A DNA stretch of 63,958 nucleotides, the filler included, from Saprolegnia diclina VS20 (taxonomy: Eukaryota), in NCBI RefSeq assembly GCF_000281045.1. It is 9 parts of 3 records of this genome, joined end to end, with 100 filler letters (N's around TTAATTAATTAA, not from the genome) between each part and the next. Parts side by side here need not be neighbours in the genome. Positions count along the whole stretch, not along the records: positions 19,599 to 36,124 come from NW_008246094.1; 8 more parts are not named here. The stretch is one strand, 5' to 3'. This document shows, piece after piece, positions 22,722-35,538 of the stretch (the first letter of the stretch is position 1; the number at the start of each line of letters is the position of its first letter). The translations under genes were made by a program, and so were the position numbers. The notes under the pieces were generated by a model. The model had not been told where the DNA came from. It did no database searches and saw only the letters and a program-made list of their open reading frames with translations.

Positions 22722-23036
22722 TCATCGGCAGACAAAGTGCGTGCGAAGGCTCTCGATGAGGTCGCGGCACATGCGGACTTGCGCGCGAAGCTTGCGGTTC
22801 TCGCTTTGGGCGGCGACCATCTCTTCGCGCAGCGCGACAGCAGTCTCTCGCCACGTCAACATGGTGGTGTTGTCCTTCCTTCCTTGCAGTCGAGCGGTTG
22901 CCTGGGCTTCAAGAGACACGACGAGGGCTCGGAGTGCAAGGCGCTCGTCGGCTGTCGCCTTGCGGTAGATGCGCTGCATCTTGCGCTGGTAAGCGCTGCG
23001 AAAGCGGGGCTTGGACACGCGCGGTTTCGGGGGCAT
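22722..23036 (-). CDS. Short bZIP-like family member (104 aa), lacking the C-terminal domain
   Basis: FRSAYQRKMQRIYRK...LRALVVSLE...LTWRETAVALREE, homologous to 41013, 43853 and 48234. Confidence 0.6.
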   Translation of the reverse strand: MPPKPRVSKPRFRSAYQRKMQRIYRKATADERLALRALVVSLEAQATARLQGRKDNTTMLTWRETAVALREEMVAAQSENRKLRAQVRMCRDLIESLRTHFVCR

Positions 23037-24039
23037 TTGTGTGAGTGACGTCGTCGCGACCACCATGACCGGACGCAGATGGTAGCGTGCCGCCTGGAAT
23101 TTTGCTTACGTTTGGCGGTGCCACTGATGACTCGGCACATCTGACAGAGTGTTCATCGCATTCAAAACCCTCGTCCAAACGTTTGCTTGCACAGATGGCG
23201 ACTCAAGACTCGTGCGAAGATAGCGCTGCACTTTGCAGCATGAAAGAGGCCCCAGTCGCAAGAACTGGAGACGCATTGTTCTCTGCTGCCGAGCCAATTT
23301 TGGAACCGAATGCTTTGCAGGGATCGAACGCCGCGCCTTTCTTGACGGCCTCGCACCACGTGGTATGCCAAGGCCGACCACGCGGTGCCAACAAATGGGT
23401 TATCGCCGCGCGGTACCTTTCCACCCCAGCGATCTTGGGCGTTCTTGTTTAGTTGATACATTCGTGAAAAGTCTCCATTATTGGTTGGCACGCCGCGTTG
23501 AACGAGCTGGATATCCCATCGTTTACGTAGACCACGGCGCGTCCTTTATGTTCAAGCCATTCCAAACGCCCAGCTAGCGTCGTTGTCTTATCTATTTTGA
23601 ACGCGCGAAACGTGGTGTACGAGGGCTGCACGTGGGATGTAAGGCATGTATCCATCACACACAAGTCTTTTGGGTCAGCGTAGGACTCGGAAGGCTTCCG
23701 GCCTCAACATGCACCTTCCATCTTGTCGCTCGAGGCACGACGGGATTTACTGTCGCAATACGTTATTCCGTATTGCGTGTTCGCATCATCATACCCAGGC
23801 GTCTGAGCCCCGCACGTTTCCCACCGTAGCTCGACGACCACCGTATGACCACCGTATGATTGCATAGTACCGGTGCTCTGCCCAACGTCCGATATGGCCC
23901 GTGCTTGGATGCGTCGCGATTTCTTTGGTCCCGTCAAACTTGTTAACGTTCGATCGTGCTACTACGTCCCGGACGAAACCGTTTCGTGGCTTAGCAGGAT
24001 GCAGCCTGTCCAGTTTTCGCGGCCCTTCGCTCTTGCAGC

Positions 24040-26633
24040 ATGAAGCAGGCGTCGCTGCGCGATTACACGGTCGTCTTTGAGCAGGTAGAGTACGAGAACG
24101 ATCTGTCTGCTGTTGATGCATCTTGGTGACTATTAGGAGCGACAGGCGCTCGTCAAGGACCTCGAGACGATGCGGATGCAGCTCGTGCGCAAGGACGAGC
24201 AGCACAAGAAAACGTCGGCGATCACGAGCCAGCAAACCGTCGCGCTCAAGAAGGAGGTTGCCGAGCTACTGAGCCAAAAAAGCCTCGTTGAAAAAGAGAG
24301 CGAACTCTACCAGCAAAAGTGCAAGGACCTCACGACGCTCCTTGAGACGTCGTACGACCAGCACGAAGAGGACCAGCTCAAAATCGTCAAGCTCACCGAG
24401 ACGGTGCGCGGCTTGGATTATGCACGTAGCCACTTAGGTCATCCATGCGCTTGATGTAGATGAAGCGACTGAAAAAAAAGTTTGACGACGGGGTCGATAT
24501 GGCCAAGAAGGAAGCCAACGTCTCGGTCATGAACTCGCACGAAGAGCGCAAGTCGCTCAAGGCCAACGCCGAGCGTCTGCGCTGCAAACTCAACGCCGAG
24601 CGGAAGGAGTGGCTCGACGCCAAACAAGCCCTCGGTGACCAGTGCGCCGAGCTCAAGACGCATGTCGAGTGCCTTGAGCGGGAGCTACGGGAAGCCCGCG
24701 TTCGGGAAAAATCCCACCGACTCCATACGGAACAAATGCAAGCCGAGCTTCGCCACATGAAGCACGACGCAGCGTCCGCGGCCCAAGAGCTCCAGATCCA
24801 AAAGCTCGCCATCGACAAGTACAAGGCCGAGATATGCCGCGTCGTCGAGGATACGCGGATCAAAGTCGAGTGCGACTCATCGATCGGCGAGCGTCTCTTG
24901 ATGGCGCAAGAAGACAGTGTACTGTACCTTCGCAGTCGGTCGTCGACGCTCGGCGAGAACCGGCGTCTCCAGCAGCAACTTTTTACGCTGCACCAAAAAT
25001 ACGAACGGTATCGCCCATGTCTTCGACTCGTCGTTGCTCATGTGTGGTGGTAGGCAAATGCACAAGCACGACGAGGAGAAGGCGCAGGCAACGATGCTCT
25101 CGGAGGAGCTCACGGCATTCAAGCGCGAGTCGCGCCGGCTCTCGGTTGTCCAGCAGGACGAAGCGTCCAAGCAACTGAAGCTGCTCGAGATCGAGTACCA
25201 GAAACGAGTCCAGCAGCTCCAAATGGCATTCGAACATGAGAAACACCAAGTCGAGCACGAGGCGCATCGGCGATTGACGCTGCTTGAGGGCACCAAGACG
25301 TCCCAGTTGGAAGAGGCGCGTCAGCGCGAAGCGAGTGCGCTTCACGAGACACGCATGCAGCTCGAACAAGAAAAACAGAGTGCGCTCAACACCGTGCAGC
25401 AACTCTGCGAGACGACCCAAGCGCAATTGCACACGGCGACAAAAGAGGTACCTTTTGTATTGGAAGTTACATGAGATATGCAATGCGATTGGTGGCGTAG
25501 AAAGAAGTGCTGCACCTCGAGGTGCGGGAGCTCCAGCATGCGCTCGAGCAGCACCGTGAGAAGGAGCGCAAGCTCATCCAGATCATGGAGCACGCCCAGG
25601 TTCCATGCATTGGTTGTCGACGGCGTGCCATCATCTCATTCGAGTTTTGCAGAAACTCAACTCGAATTTGGAGGAAAAACTGCATGGCCAAGAATGCAAG
25701 TACTACGACGCCCAAAAACAGATTGATGACATGGCGTCCAGCATCAAGAGTCTCCATGCCACGGTAATTCCGTCCATGTCGACAAGCCATTGTCGAATTT
25801 ATGGACTGGTGCTAGATTCAAAACCAGCGCGAACTCATGGAAGAGCTCGACCGGTCGCGGCAGACCAAGGTACGTCTCGCTATCGAGAAATACCTCGTGA
25901 AATATACATGTTTCGCAGACGGACGAGCACATTCAAGACATTTCGACGTTGGAAATGGAAAAAATGGAGTTTTTGCGCCAAGTGACGCAGCTCCAAGAGC
26001 AGCACTCGCAGGACCTCCTCGCGCTCGAGGTTCAAAAACGCAATCACGATATCACGGTCAAGCAGCTCTCGACGGCGCAGCTCAGCGCCAACCGCCTCAT
26101 CGAGGTACTCAACGAGGCCGCAATGTCCATGTATTGATTGATGCGTGTATAGGAACAAGCCAAGACGATCGAAGACCTCTTGGAGACGCGGATGGCAGAG
26201 CCTTTGGCGGGGTTTTCGACCGTAGTGTACCCCGTGTTGCAACTTGCAACACGAGTCCTTGTCGTGTAGGGCATCTGCCACAATGTGCGCTGCGGCGAGC
26301 TCGCGGACGAGCTGCGGCGGCTGCAAGTCGCAGAGAGCGGCGACGGCGCATCGTACGCGACGCTACTCAAGCAAACCAACCACCAGCTGCAGGCGCTGGA
26401 GCGAGAGAAGCAGAAGCTCTTGCGAGTCATTGAAGACCAAGCGCTCACGATCCACGAGCTCACAATCCAAGACTCGCCCATCGACGACGACGACGACATT
26501 GGTGGACATGATGGACCCCACAGCGAGGACGACGGGCTTCGAAAGCCATGGAAGCTTAGCTCCGCGTCCCTCTCGCTGGACGTACGTTTGCTTGGATCCA
26601 AGGGAGAGTCCAATTTTGTTTTAGGACTTTTGA
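24040..26633 (+). CDS. Long coiled-coil protein, multi-exon
   Basis: Successive E/K/Q/L-rich heptad ORFs (24170, 24460, 24917, 25507, 25949, 26285) joined by ~45-nt GT-AG introns. Ends are approximate. Confidence 0.75.
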
Positions 26634-27398
26634 GCCGTCGCAAGCTGCCTGTTTGGAATAGAACTTTGTATCGTTGTGCTAACAAGTTTCGAGCCAACCC
26701 ACCTCTCGTGCTGTGAGCTTTGCCACCGAACGCGTGGAAATTTTGTCGATTTGATTTGCATTTTGGAGTGGTTATTCCACGTGGCACGCCCTGGAGCCCA
26801 CGTCACGACGACCACCCGTCGTCCGATCGTTCGCCTGTCGCGGGTGAAGCATCGTTCTCCCCATGCAGCTGTGGCTGCAACCGAATGCGCGCGGTCTCAG
26901 CCCGTTCGTTCGTTCGTGGCGCACCCAAGCACAGCAGCAGAGAGACAAGAAGAAATCACCCTTGGCTTCCTACCATATCACATCGACCAAGACATACTTG
27001 CTACATAATTGCATGTCCCTACTACGAGTCACATCTTGCCGCACAGAGGAATGCATCGTTGCCAGCTGCCACATCATCACAGGCCCGCGCCTGTGGCTGG
27101 AGCGTAACTCGCGCCCAGCCTTTAGCCACTCTAGTCCTTCTGCGAGGACAGTACAAGCCGCACTACCCTTCATCACGGACAACGTCAATTTGGCTAGCCA
27201 ATCTCGCTTCTCACTGCCACATATCGAAGTCTTGATGGTCCGTTGCCGATCTGACGCTCTGGTGTGACGCGGCCGCCGTCCTCGCTCGTCCGGATAATAA
27301 CCGGATTTGTATCCCACCGCGACTGATTGGCTATCTTTGGATGCAAAGTGGCTGTGTCACAAACCGCCGCACTTGCGCTCTCGCAGCATCGGTCGCAC

Positions 27399-27968
27399 AT
27401 GTGTCTTTGTCCTGGTTGCTTCTGCCCGCCGGCCGCCAAGCGGCTGCGCCACAACACGCGGCCGTGGACGGACCCGCTGCTGCTGACCAACCTCGTGTAC
27501 GTTGCGGCGGCCGTCGTCTCGTACGCAGTGGGTCAGTACACGTGCGGCCTCCTCCAGCTCGGGTCTTCGATTGCGTCGACCATGTTCCACCGGTCCCGCG
27601 AGACCAAGTACCTTCCGCTGGACGCAATCATCTCGGGCACGCTCGGCATCATTGCAGCGTACGTGGCCGTGCTCGTTTGATGCGCTCATTTTCCATGTAG
27701 CTATGTCGTCTTGGACGCGATCGAGAACGAACTCCACCACGTGCTCGGGCTCAAGCTGCTGCATGGCGCGGGCTGCGCGTTCACGTGGATCTACTGCGGC
27801 ATGCCGGGCGGCGTGCGCTACGAGACGTGGCACAAGCGCTGGCACTACGTCTCGGGCTACACGACGCTGTCGTGCTCGCTCCTCATGAGCGTGTACCACC
27901 CCGACTTTGACGCGATCGTGCTCAAGTGGCTCTTCCCGAACGGCGCACCGATGAACCTCGGCATGTAA
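27399..27968 (+). CDS. Small CREST-superfamily membrane protein (ceramidase/PAQR/TMEM8-like)
   Basis: SxxxH (STMFH), conserved D (LPLD) and HxxxH (HKRWH) in TM helices. One 42-nt intron at 27659-27700. Confidence 0.75.
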
Positions 27969-28419
27969 ACCACTGTAAAGTGAAGCTCTTTGAAAATACA
28001 GTGCATTTTGGCGGCTCCAGAGCGGACCCAACTACCTCGCAGTTTGCGCCCGAGTCGGCCCTGCCGTACTGTACGGTGCATTTATTCGGACCAAATGCGC
28101 CAGACAGCACAACCAAGGGCGTAAAATATCTCGAGTGCTCAACGATCTGTACCATGATAACGAAGGTCTCGTGGGCACGACACTCACGCACGCAAGAGTG
28201 ACTAGGTTTCTCTGGCGTGCTTGCATCGATCTTGCTCCTTCACTTTACGGAAAATGCTTCGAAAGTGTATGAAGCGGTGAGCCGACTGCACTCTAACGTC
28301 GTTGAGAGGTTAGGGTGGTTGATCCATGCAAAAAATTGGGACGACTCAGCCTTTAGGTCTGGGAGGGTTTAGGCGTTTCAAGTGGCCTCGGTTTTGCCAA
28401 ACATGCATTTGGTCGGGTG

Positions 28420-31400
28420 ATGGGCCTGTCGAGCATGGGTGTGTCCACTCTCCCTTGCACAAATACGCGCCAACGATGGTGTAGAAAGCACCTCCGATTT
28501 CTTTCGCCTCCTCCTGCACGACCAGAGCGGCTACGTCCGGTCGCCCAAGAAGCGCAAGGCCGTAGCGTTGCACCCGCTGCCAGCGCCGCTGCCAGTGGCA
28601 AGTGCCGCAGACGACTACATTACAAGGAGCCCGCGTCGACTGCCGCGCCTCGTACGCTTTTTCATGCTATCGGTAGTTTCGAATTTGGCTTTGCGTAGGA
28701 GGCGCGCCTCTTGCAGCGACAGCGTGTCTTTCTCTACGAAGACGGCAGCGCCGAGCTGTGCACGGAAGAAATACTCCAGTACAACGAAGTCGACGCGCGG
28801 AAGACGCAGAAAGATCCGCTTGCACTGCTTTTGACCAAGAAGTGCGATGGCGCCGATGAGATTCCACTCATGCCGTGCCACGGCCGCGCCCATCGCCGGC
28901 ATTTGCTGCAGGTTGCCGGCGGTGGACACTCAATCTTGAGATCGTCTGTAGGCTGAGCGGTGGCCCGAGCCCGTACGCGACCGCGACAAGCACTGGGCGC
29001 AAGACGAGCTGCCGACGATCCAAGCTCATGAGCCATACCGACAAATGCGGATGACAAGGTCCGTAACGACGCCGGGCAAGTGGCATCTGCAAGCACTCCA
29101 CGTACGTACTTAGTATCGTCGTCTAAAGGTTGCTATTTGGGTGGCATCGCTAGCCCGAGCTCCTCTTGCTGTCGCGCCGGGGGATTCTCATCGACGCGTC
29201 GTACGTCATTGTCTCGGCGTGGGGCGCCGGAATCTATGGCCGCGTTTTTGGCATTGGACTGCAAAGCAAACGGTGCGGTAAATTGAGTTTGAGTTTGAAC
29301 TTGATGTAAACTTGTGGTAGAGCCTTGGTCGTGCACGTGTACGACCCCGCACTTGGGATTACCCACCTTCTTTCCATCTCGATGGACGATCTCGAAGACC
29401 TCTTCGAAGACCACCGAGCGTACTTGACCGCCGGGCGCAAGGACGAGCTGCTGCAAGCCATCACGTCGATGCTCTTTTTCGAATATCCCACCCAAGGCCG
29501 GCCGATTCTGCACATCAACAAGCTCCTCAAGACGAGTGCGGTACGCTGCTCTATACATTCAAAGACTCTTTTGCCGGCATGCATTCCATATGGACCCCAT
29601 TTGTAGTCGAAACTGCGCCGCATTGCGCGCGAGAAGCAACGACGCCTCGAAGAAGAAGAGCGGCGTCTTGCGGCACTCAAGTTTATGACCATGCCCCGCC
29701 GCGCCCGTTACCGTGTGCTCTGTACGAGCCAGAAGGTATGCACTTTCTAGTGTTTTTCCTGGTGCATGTCGAGCATTTATTCACGCAGATCAGCTCTTTT
29801 CTCTGCAACATATCGGTCCACCATTATCCGCACCAAGCACGGAACTTTCACATCGTCGCGACCCACCCCCCGTCGTCAGCTGAGTACGCCTCCTTTTGTG
29901 ATCTCGGGTCAAATGCACGGCTTGGCGGCTAGGTTTCATCTGCCCCTCGGGCTCTTATACGCTGGAAAAGCCGCCAACAATTCGAGCGCTCCACACACGT
30001 GGACGCCCGCGATCAAGACTGCAATCGCCCGTGCTGTCGTCCGCCAAGTACACTCCGTCGTTGCTTAGTCGTGTGCCATATTGGCCCAAATGCTAGCTCT
30101 GCCTCGTCCGCAACAATGCCGGCGAAATGGCGCTTGCTGTCGCGGGCCGCGTCGGGTACTACAGCAAGGGCATTCACCTCGACGAGCCACAGACGCCAGA
30201 GTCCGTCGCACGCCAAAGTTACCTCCAGTCGATCCAGATCACGGTCCAAGCACTGCAGCAAGCAGCTTACGACGAGGTGAGCACTCGCGGTGACGGGCCT
30301 TTGAACCATTCTTCATCATGGCTAGCGCACTGCTATTACGGAGGCTCACCAAGCGCAGTACGCTGCGTTGGAGCGCGACGTCCGGCTTCTGGAAGCCAGT
30401 CGGTCCGAGCTGGAAGCCAAAGAAGCGGCGATCAAGGACGCTCTGGACGAGATTGAAGCCATAGGACTGGGAGACGTGGACGGTCTCGATAAAGACCAGC
30501 GCCATGCAGCGCGGCAACGCGTGCGCGAACGCCGCGCCGACGTCAAGAAAGATCGCAGCGAGACACTTGTGGAGCTCAAGCGGGTCCAAAGTTTACTCAC
30601 GGCCTTGCTGTCACAGATGCAAGCGGCCACAGCGGACACGACAGCGCGCCTTCACGAGTCAGCGTTGCGCTTTGCGACTCGGATCGAAGCGCTCAAGCTC
30701 GAGGCAGTGACGCCGCCCCCGTACGTCGACTTGCGCGTGGGCGACAAGCGGTACGCGTTACATGCGACCCAGTCGCGCCGGCCACGCGCCTTCTTGGGCA
30801 TGACGAACCAAGTGCGCCAAGGTGCGGCGGCGATTCAGGGTCAGCGTGTGCGGTACAGCGTTGCCTTTGGTGACGACCGAAGTATGGAGCTCACGGCCTA
30901 TGTCCCCGCGACGTCGACTACGGTACACTGCCGTATTGGACAGGGTTTGTCCATACTAGACGATGCTAGATGCGGTTTGCGTGCTCGCTGCCCACGTGGT
31001 GCATTCTCACGAAAGAAAGCGTCCGCTCCAAAAAGGCCCGTCACGAGATGCAAGTGGCTGTGCCCGGACTCATTCAGCACCCTGGCAATGCCCTGCCGCC
31101 GTCGTCCGAAGAAGTCGAGCTCGACGCGCTCAACGCAGCCATTGCAACGTCACTGGACGAGTGGCGGACGTCGCGTACACCGACGACCTACGACGAGCTG
31201 CAGCAGCTGCACGCTCGCCGACGAGAACTCAGCAAAGAGTCGCAGCGCTGCGTGCACCACCTCGTGACCGCGCTATGCGAGCGTCTGCGTTTTCAGTTGT
31301 CGAGTGCTCTGGCGTTGGACAACATAATCTTCACGATGGACCCTTACGTCCTCGTTGCCAGCGACGAAGTCGACCGACCGGGCATCTGCACCGTGCGCAT

Positions 31401-31608
31401 TGAGCCCAACCACAACGTCGTGTTTGCCGTCGACTTGATGAACGGCAGCCAGTACGAAAAGGCACACCCGTATACACAAGAGCTCGTGCTCGAGCTCGCG
31501 AGCGAGTCGGCCCAAGAAATGCATGTCCACCTCGACTTGATTGCGAGCTCCATGCAACTCGTGCGCCGCGACGACACGCTCGTTGACGAGCTCGAGTTCT
31601 TGGATTGA
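28420..31608 (+). CDS. Uncharacterised multi-exon protein with a central coiled coil
   Basis: Chain of codon-biased plus-strand ORFs (28439, 28711, 29325, 30127, 30368, 30970) separated by short GT-AG introns. Start is uncertain. Confidence 0.65.
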
Positions 31609-32206
31609 CTTGAAATATACATGCGACTGCTACGCTCTGCACTCGTCCCAGTACAACATGAAGCACACCCCTCGTAGTTCAGCGTTTACGCTAGGACCGG
31701 TGGAAAAAATGCTACAAACCGCTACCAGTTGGTGTGATAGCATGGAGGACAGTATTGAGTTGTCCACAAAATGACACTTTGCGGTCGCGGGCGAGAAAAC
31801 GTTTCCAGCTGCCCTTCGTTTGAAAAAAGGTCGCGTGCCCCGACGCTACGCCACGAAAAAAGATACCTCGGCTACTTCTGTCTCGACATTGCCGGCCTTT
31901 CCGAGTGGCTGAATGCACGCAACTTTTGAATCGCTGGCGACAAGTCGACGCCTCGTGGTCGGCGCGTCATTACGTCTATGTAATACCCGTGCTCTCTTTT
32001 ATTAGTGGATTCGCCTGCGAGCGCGGTGCATACGCTCTGTGCACGAACGTCACGCGCTTCGAAGCGTCAAGTGGCGTGTTTTCGCACGCCGCGGTTTTGA
32101 TTGGCGGGTGACCGCCGTGCGCCATCTGTTTGGCACCAGTTGATTCATCAACCGACGGGGGCGCTCTCTTACGCAGCAGTAAAATTTGACGAGCGGCTTG
32201 TGCACC

Positions 32207-33322
32207 ATGCTCCCGTCGCCGACGCTCTACGATCCGTCGTCGATCGTGGTCTTCACGGCGTGCGCGCTGGGCTTCTTCAGCCTCCTCTCGCTTCTCACGG
32301 CGACAACGCCGCCGGTACCCACCGAGTTTGTCGACCGCAAGCGCGGTGTCTCCATCTCCGCGTCCGTGTCCTATCGCGGTGACGAGCCAGCGAATCCTCG
32401 CACGCGCCGCGTCTCGGTGGCCGCGTCCGTGTCCTACGGTGCGGACGACGCCGCACCGCGCGCGCGTCGGGTCTCGGTCGCTGCCTCGGTCTCGACGGGC
32501 GCCCACACCATGACCGAGTCGACGTTCGAGCTTGGGCCCGAGGACGCAGTGCCATCGTCCAAGCACGCCAACATGCCGTGCAGTACGTGCCAGCACGTAC
32601 CGGTTGTCTATATGCTGCCGATCGTGCTGCCGTGCGCATGCCACACGTACGTCGGTCCGCAGATCCTTCCGCCGACCTGCTGCGTCCACTTCCCCCACTG
32701 CCACTGCGCCGCGACGGTGCCGCGCAAACTGCATCAGCTGCCGTCATCTCCGATTGCGGCGCCGGCGCCAACCGCCATGTCGGTGCCGCCCGAGTACCTC
32801 TCGCGCCGCCTCGAAGACTACCCGATGGCGATTCCGACGGAAAAAGCAATCGATCAGAAGGCCGATGTCTTCAAGCCGACGCCGCTAACTGTCCCCGAGC
32901 TCATTCCGCTGCCGTCGGCGGCGCCCATTGAGCTTAGCGTGACACGACCGCGTCGCGACCGGAGTTTGTTTCGCGCGCGGCTCTGGATTGGCAAGGCGTT
33001 TGAGCACGAAGATGGCTCGGACGACGCCGTGTACGTCATGCGCGTCGACTGCCGGACCGCCGACGACGCCAATGTGCTCTCGCCCACGAGCATGTGGGAC
33101 GTCACCGTGACGTACCAAGAATTTGAGCGCCTCTACCAAGCGCTCATTGACGAAGTCGACGGCGAGCCGCTAGCAATTCCAGCGCTCGAGCTCTCGACGC
33201 TGGACGAAGAGGATTTGTGGCACCGCCGCCGCACGGCTTTGCAGACCTTTGTCGACGCGCTCACGTCCAACAAGCGGCTCGCGAATGCCGATTGTCTGCG
33301 CAAATTGTGCCAAATGTGGTAA
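32207..33322 (+). CDS. Protein with an N-terminal TM helix and a C-terminal PX-like domain
   Basis: AVYVMRV...WDVTVTYQEFERLYQAL...IPAL...RRRTALQTFVDAL...LANADCLRKL fits the PX pattern. Intronless. Confidence 0.75.
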   Translation: MLPSPTLYDPSSIVVFTACALGFFSLLSLLTATTPPVPTEFVDRKRGVSISASVSYRGDEPANPRTRRVSVAASVSYGADDAAPRARRVSVAASVSTGAHTMTESTFELGPEDAVPSSKHANMPCSTCQHVPVVYMLPIVLPCACHTYVGPQILPPTCCVHFPHCHCAATVPRKLHQLPSSPIAAPAPTAMSVPPEYLSRRLEDYPMAIPTEKAIDQKADVFKPTPLTVPELIPLPSAAPIELSVTRPRRDRSLFRARLWIGKAFEHEDGSDDAVYVMRVDCRTADDANVLSPTSMWDVTVTYQEFERLYQALIDEVDGEPLAIPALELSTLDEEDLWHRRRTALQTFVDALTSNKRLANADCLRKLCQMW

Positions 33323-33549
33323 ACGCGTACCAATGATTCTTGTCAACAGAGCGTCTCGCTTCTAGTTCTGGCGTTAGGTCTGGGGGTTAAAAGGATGCGG
33401 AGGAAGCATAGCCGAGGGTTGTCGCCCAAAGCGAGGCAGCATGGACTCAACTCGGATAAGCGTCAAACTTGTGTTTTGGGCCGTGTCCACCGCCCCGAAT
33501 CATGCAATTCAAAGAGCAAACATTCCACTTTGACGTCAATAGATATCAT

Positions 33550-34179
33550 CTACTGGCGCTGGGCATACCATGCTTGGACCTTGGGAAGCACTGCAACGGC
33601 GTCCGCGATCGCGTTCCAGCGCGGGTACTTGTCGCAGATCGTCGTCGGAATACCGTCCATGTGCCTCGAGCGCATGCTGAGGCGCATGACAAAGAGCTCA
33701 ATGTCGGCGAGCGACAGCGTCTCGCCCAAGAGAAACGGGCCCTTGGCGTTGGCAGCGACAAGCCGCGCTTCCAGACACGCGTACAAGGTCGGCAGCGTCT
33801 CGGCCGCGAGCGCCTTGCGCATCGCGAGCTTCTTCTCCATGTCCCGCTCAAAGAGCGACGGAATGAGTTTGTTGACAATGTCGTCGGACGCGGCGAGGAC
33901 TTCATCAACGCGATAGGCGCCCAGTGGATCAGACATTGGGTAGAGACCGGTGAGGTGGCCGACATACCGCGCCATGCCGTGCGACTGCGCAAAGACTTCG
34001 CCGTCGACAGTGAGCGTCGGAAGCTGCTGGAACGGCAGCGATGGCTTGCGCGCCATAAACTCGTTGTAGCTGATGCGCTCGTCCTCGAACGGAATGTCGT
34101 GGAGGAAGAGCGCAAGGCGCGTGAGCTCGGCGCGGCCTGGCGCGTTAAAGTAGGTAAGCTTGAGCGTTGGGTGGGGCAT
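33550..34179 (-). CDS. GST: Glutathione S-transferase (sigma-like), copy 1
   Basis: KLTYFNAPGRAELTRLAL, PFQQLP, AQSHGMARY, LSLADI; 209 aa. Confidence 0.95.
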   Translation of the reverse strand: MPHPTLKLTYFNAPGRAELTRLALFLHDIPFEDERISYNEFMARKPSLPFQQLPTLTVDGEVFAQSHGMARYVGHLTGLYPMSDPLGAYRVDEVLAASDDIVNKLIPSLFERDMEKKLAMRKALAAETLPTLYACLEARLVAANAKGPFLLGETLSLADIELFVMRLSMRSRHMDGIPTTICDKYPRWNAIADAVAVLPKVQAWYAQRQ

Positions 34180-34952
34180 TGGCAAAGCGAGAGTGAAGTG
34201 ATCGAAAAAGGTGAGTGTGCGCCAATGTGATTGGCTGAAAAACGATCTTTCTCGCGATGCCATTGGCGCGAAAGTGCGAACGCTTTGCACCAATTGAGTA
34301 CCAAGTCGTTCGCCGGCCAAGAATGGGGCTTCTGTACTTCGAGTGTACGTACTGTACGCCGTGCCTGGCCAACGTTTGTGGCCTGCGTGGCCATGCACGA
34401 GCCTGGCGCGGCGTGGGACAACCGTTCGATTTCGCGTTCGGATGCGGCACAACCGTTGGTAATCGTTGAGGTTGCGGTTGAGAATTCGGTTGACGTTCGC
34501 GCCAACGCATCCTGTCGACGCGTGATTCCATGGTCGCCTGATTGTGGCCAAGGTGACGTGGTCGTCCATGAACGGTGGTGCTCAAACATGCCTCAGTCTC
34601 GCAACAGAGTCCGATTTCATTGCTTTATCGTACCATTACAAGGCGAGGACGAACCAAATACCACAGAAGTCTGCGGTACTACCATTATGAACCATGCCTT
34701 GCCCATGGCCGCCGTCGGACTTGATCGCTCGATCGCGCCGAAGTCGGCACTGTTCGACGTCGCCTTGCGTACACGTCCAAGCAGGTGGTTTGACATGTGA
34801 TCACAGCCCACCACACGCCGCGTCAACGCAAAGATCGCGCCCCGTCCGAAAGGTCACGACGTGATCACTCAATCAACGGCGATCGCTCATCGTCAGCGGC
34901 GCGCGCCATTCCAGTTGTCACTTTTGATTTCACCACCAACGACTCAACAACC

Positions 34953-35538
34953 ATGACCTTTCCCACATTGAAGCTCACGTACTTCGACATGACTGGCCGC
35001 GCCGAGCTCGTGCGCCTGGCGCTGCACGCGGGTGGCATCCCGTTCGAGGACGAGCGCCTTACGCGCGAACAGTTTGGCGCGGTCAAGCCGACGCTGCCGT
35101 TCAAGCAGGTGCCGACGCTCACGGTCGACGGCGTCGTCATGGCCCAGTCGCATGCGATGGCGCGCTACGCCGGCCGCCTCTCGGGCCTCTACCCGACCGA
35201 AGCGCTCGAGGCGTTCCGTGTCGACGAGCTTCTCGCGGCCTCGGACGACACGCTCGCCAAGCTCATGCCGTCGTTCCGCGAACAAGACCCGGCCAAGCGT
35301 CTCGCACTCCGCGAAGAAGCCGCNNNNNNNNNNNNNNNNNNNNNNNNNNNNNNNNNNNNNNNNNNNNNNNNNNNNNNNNNNNNNNNNNNNNNNNNNNNNN
35401 NNNNNNNNNNNNNNNNNNNNNNNNNNNNNNNNNNNNNNNNNNNNNNNNNNNNNNNNNNNNNNNNNNNNNNNNNNNNNNNNNNNNNNNNNNNNNNNNNNNN
35501 NNNCCAAGGTTCAAGCGTGGGAAGCGGCGCACGCCTAG
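34953..35538 (+). CDS. GST: Glutathione S-transferase, copy 2 (internal N gap)
   Basis: KLTYFDMTGRAELVRLAL, PFKQVP, AQSHAMARY. After the gap, KVQAWEAAHA*. Confidence 0.92.

Noticed and set aside
34180..34569. N-terminal extensions on GST and transporter ORFs in the ORF track
   Set aside because: The extensions cross Inr-like promoter motifs, and paralog alignment places the starts at downstream ATGs.
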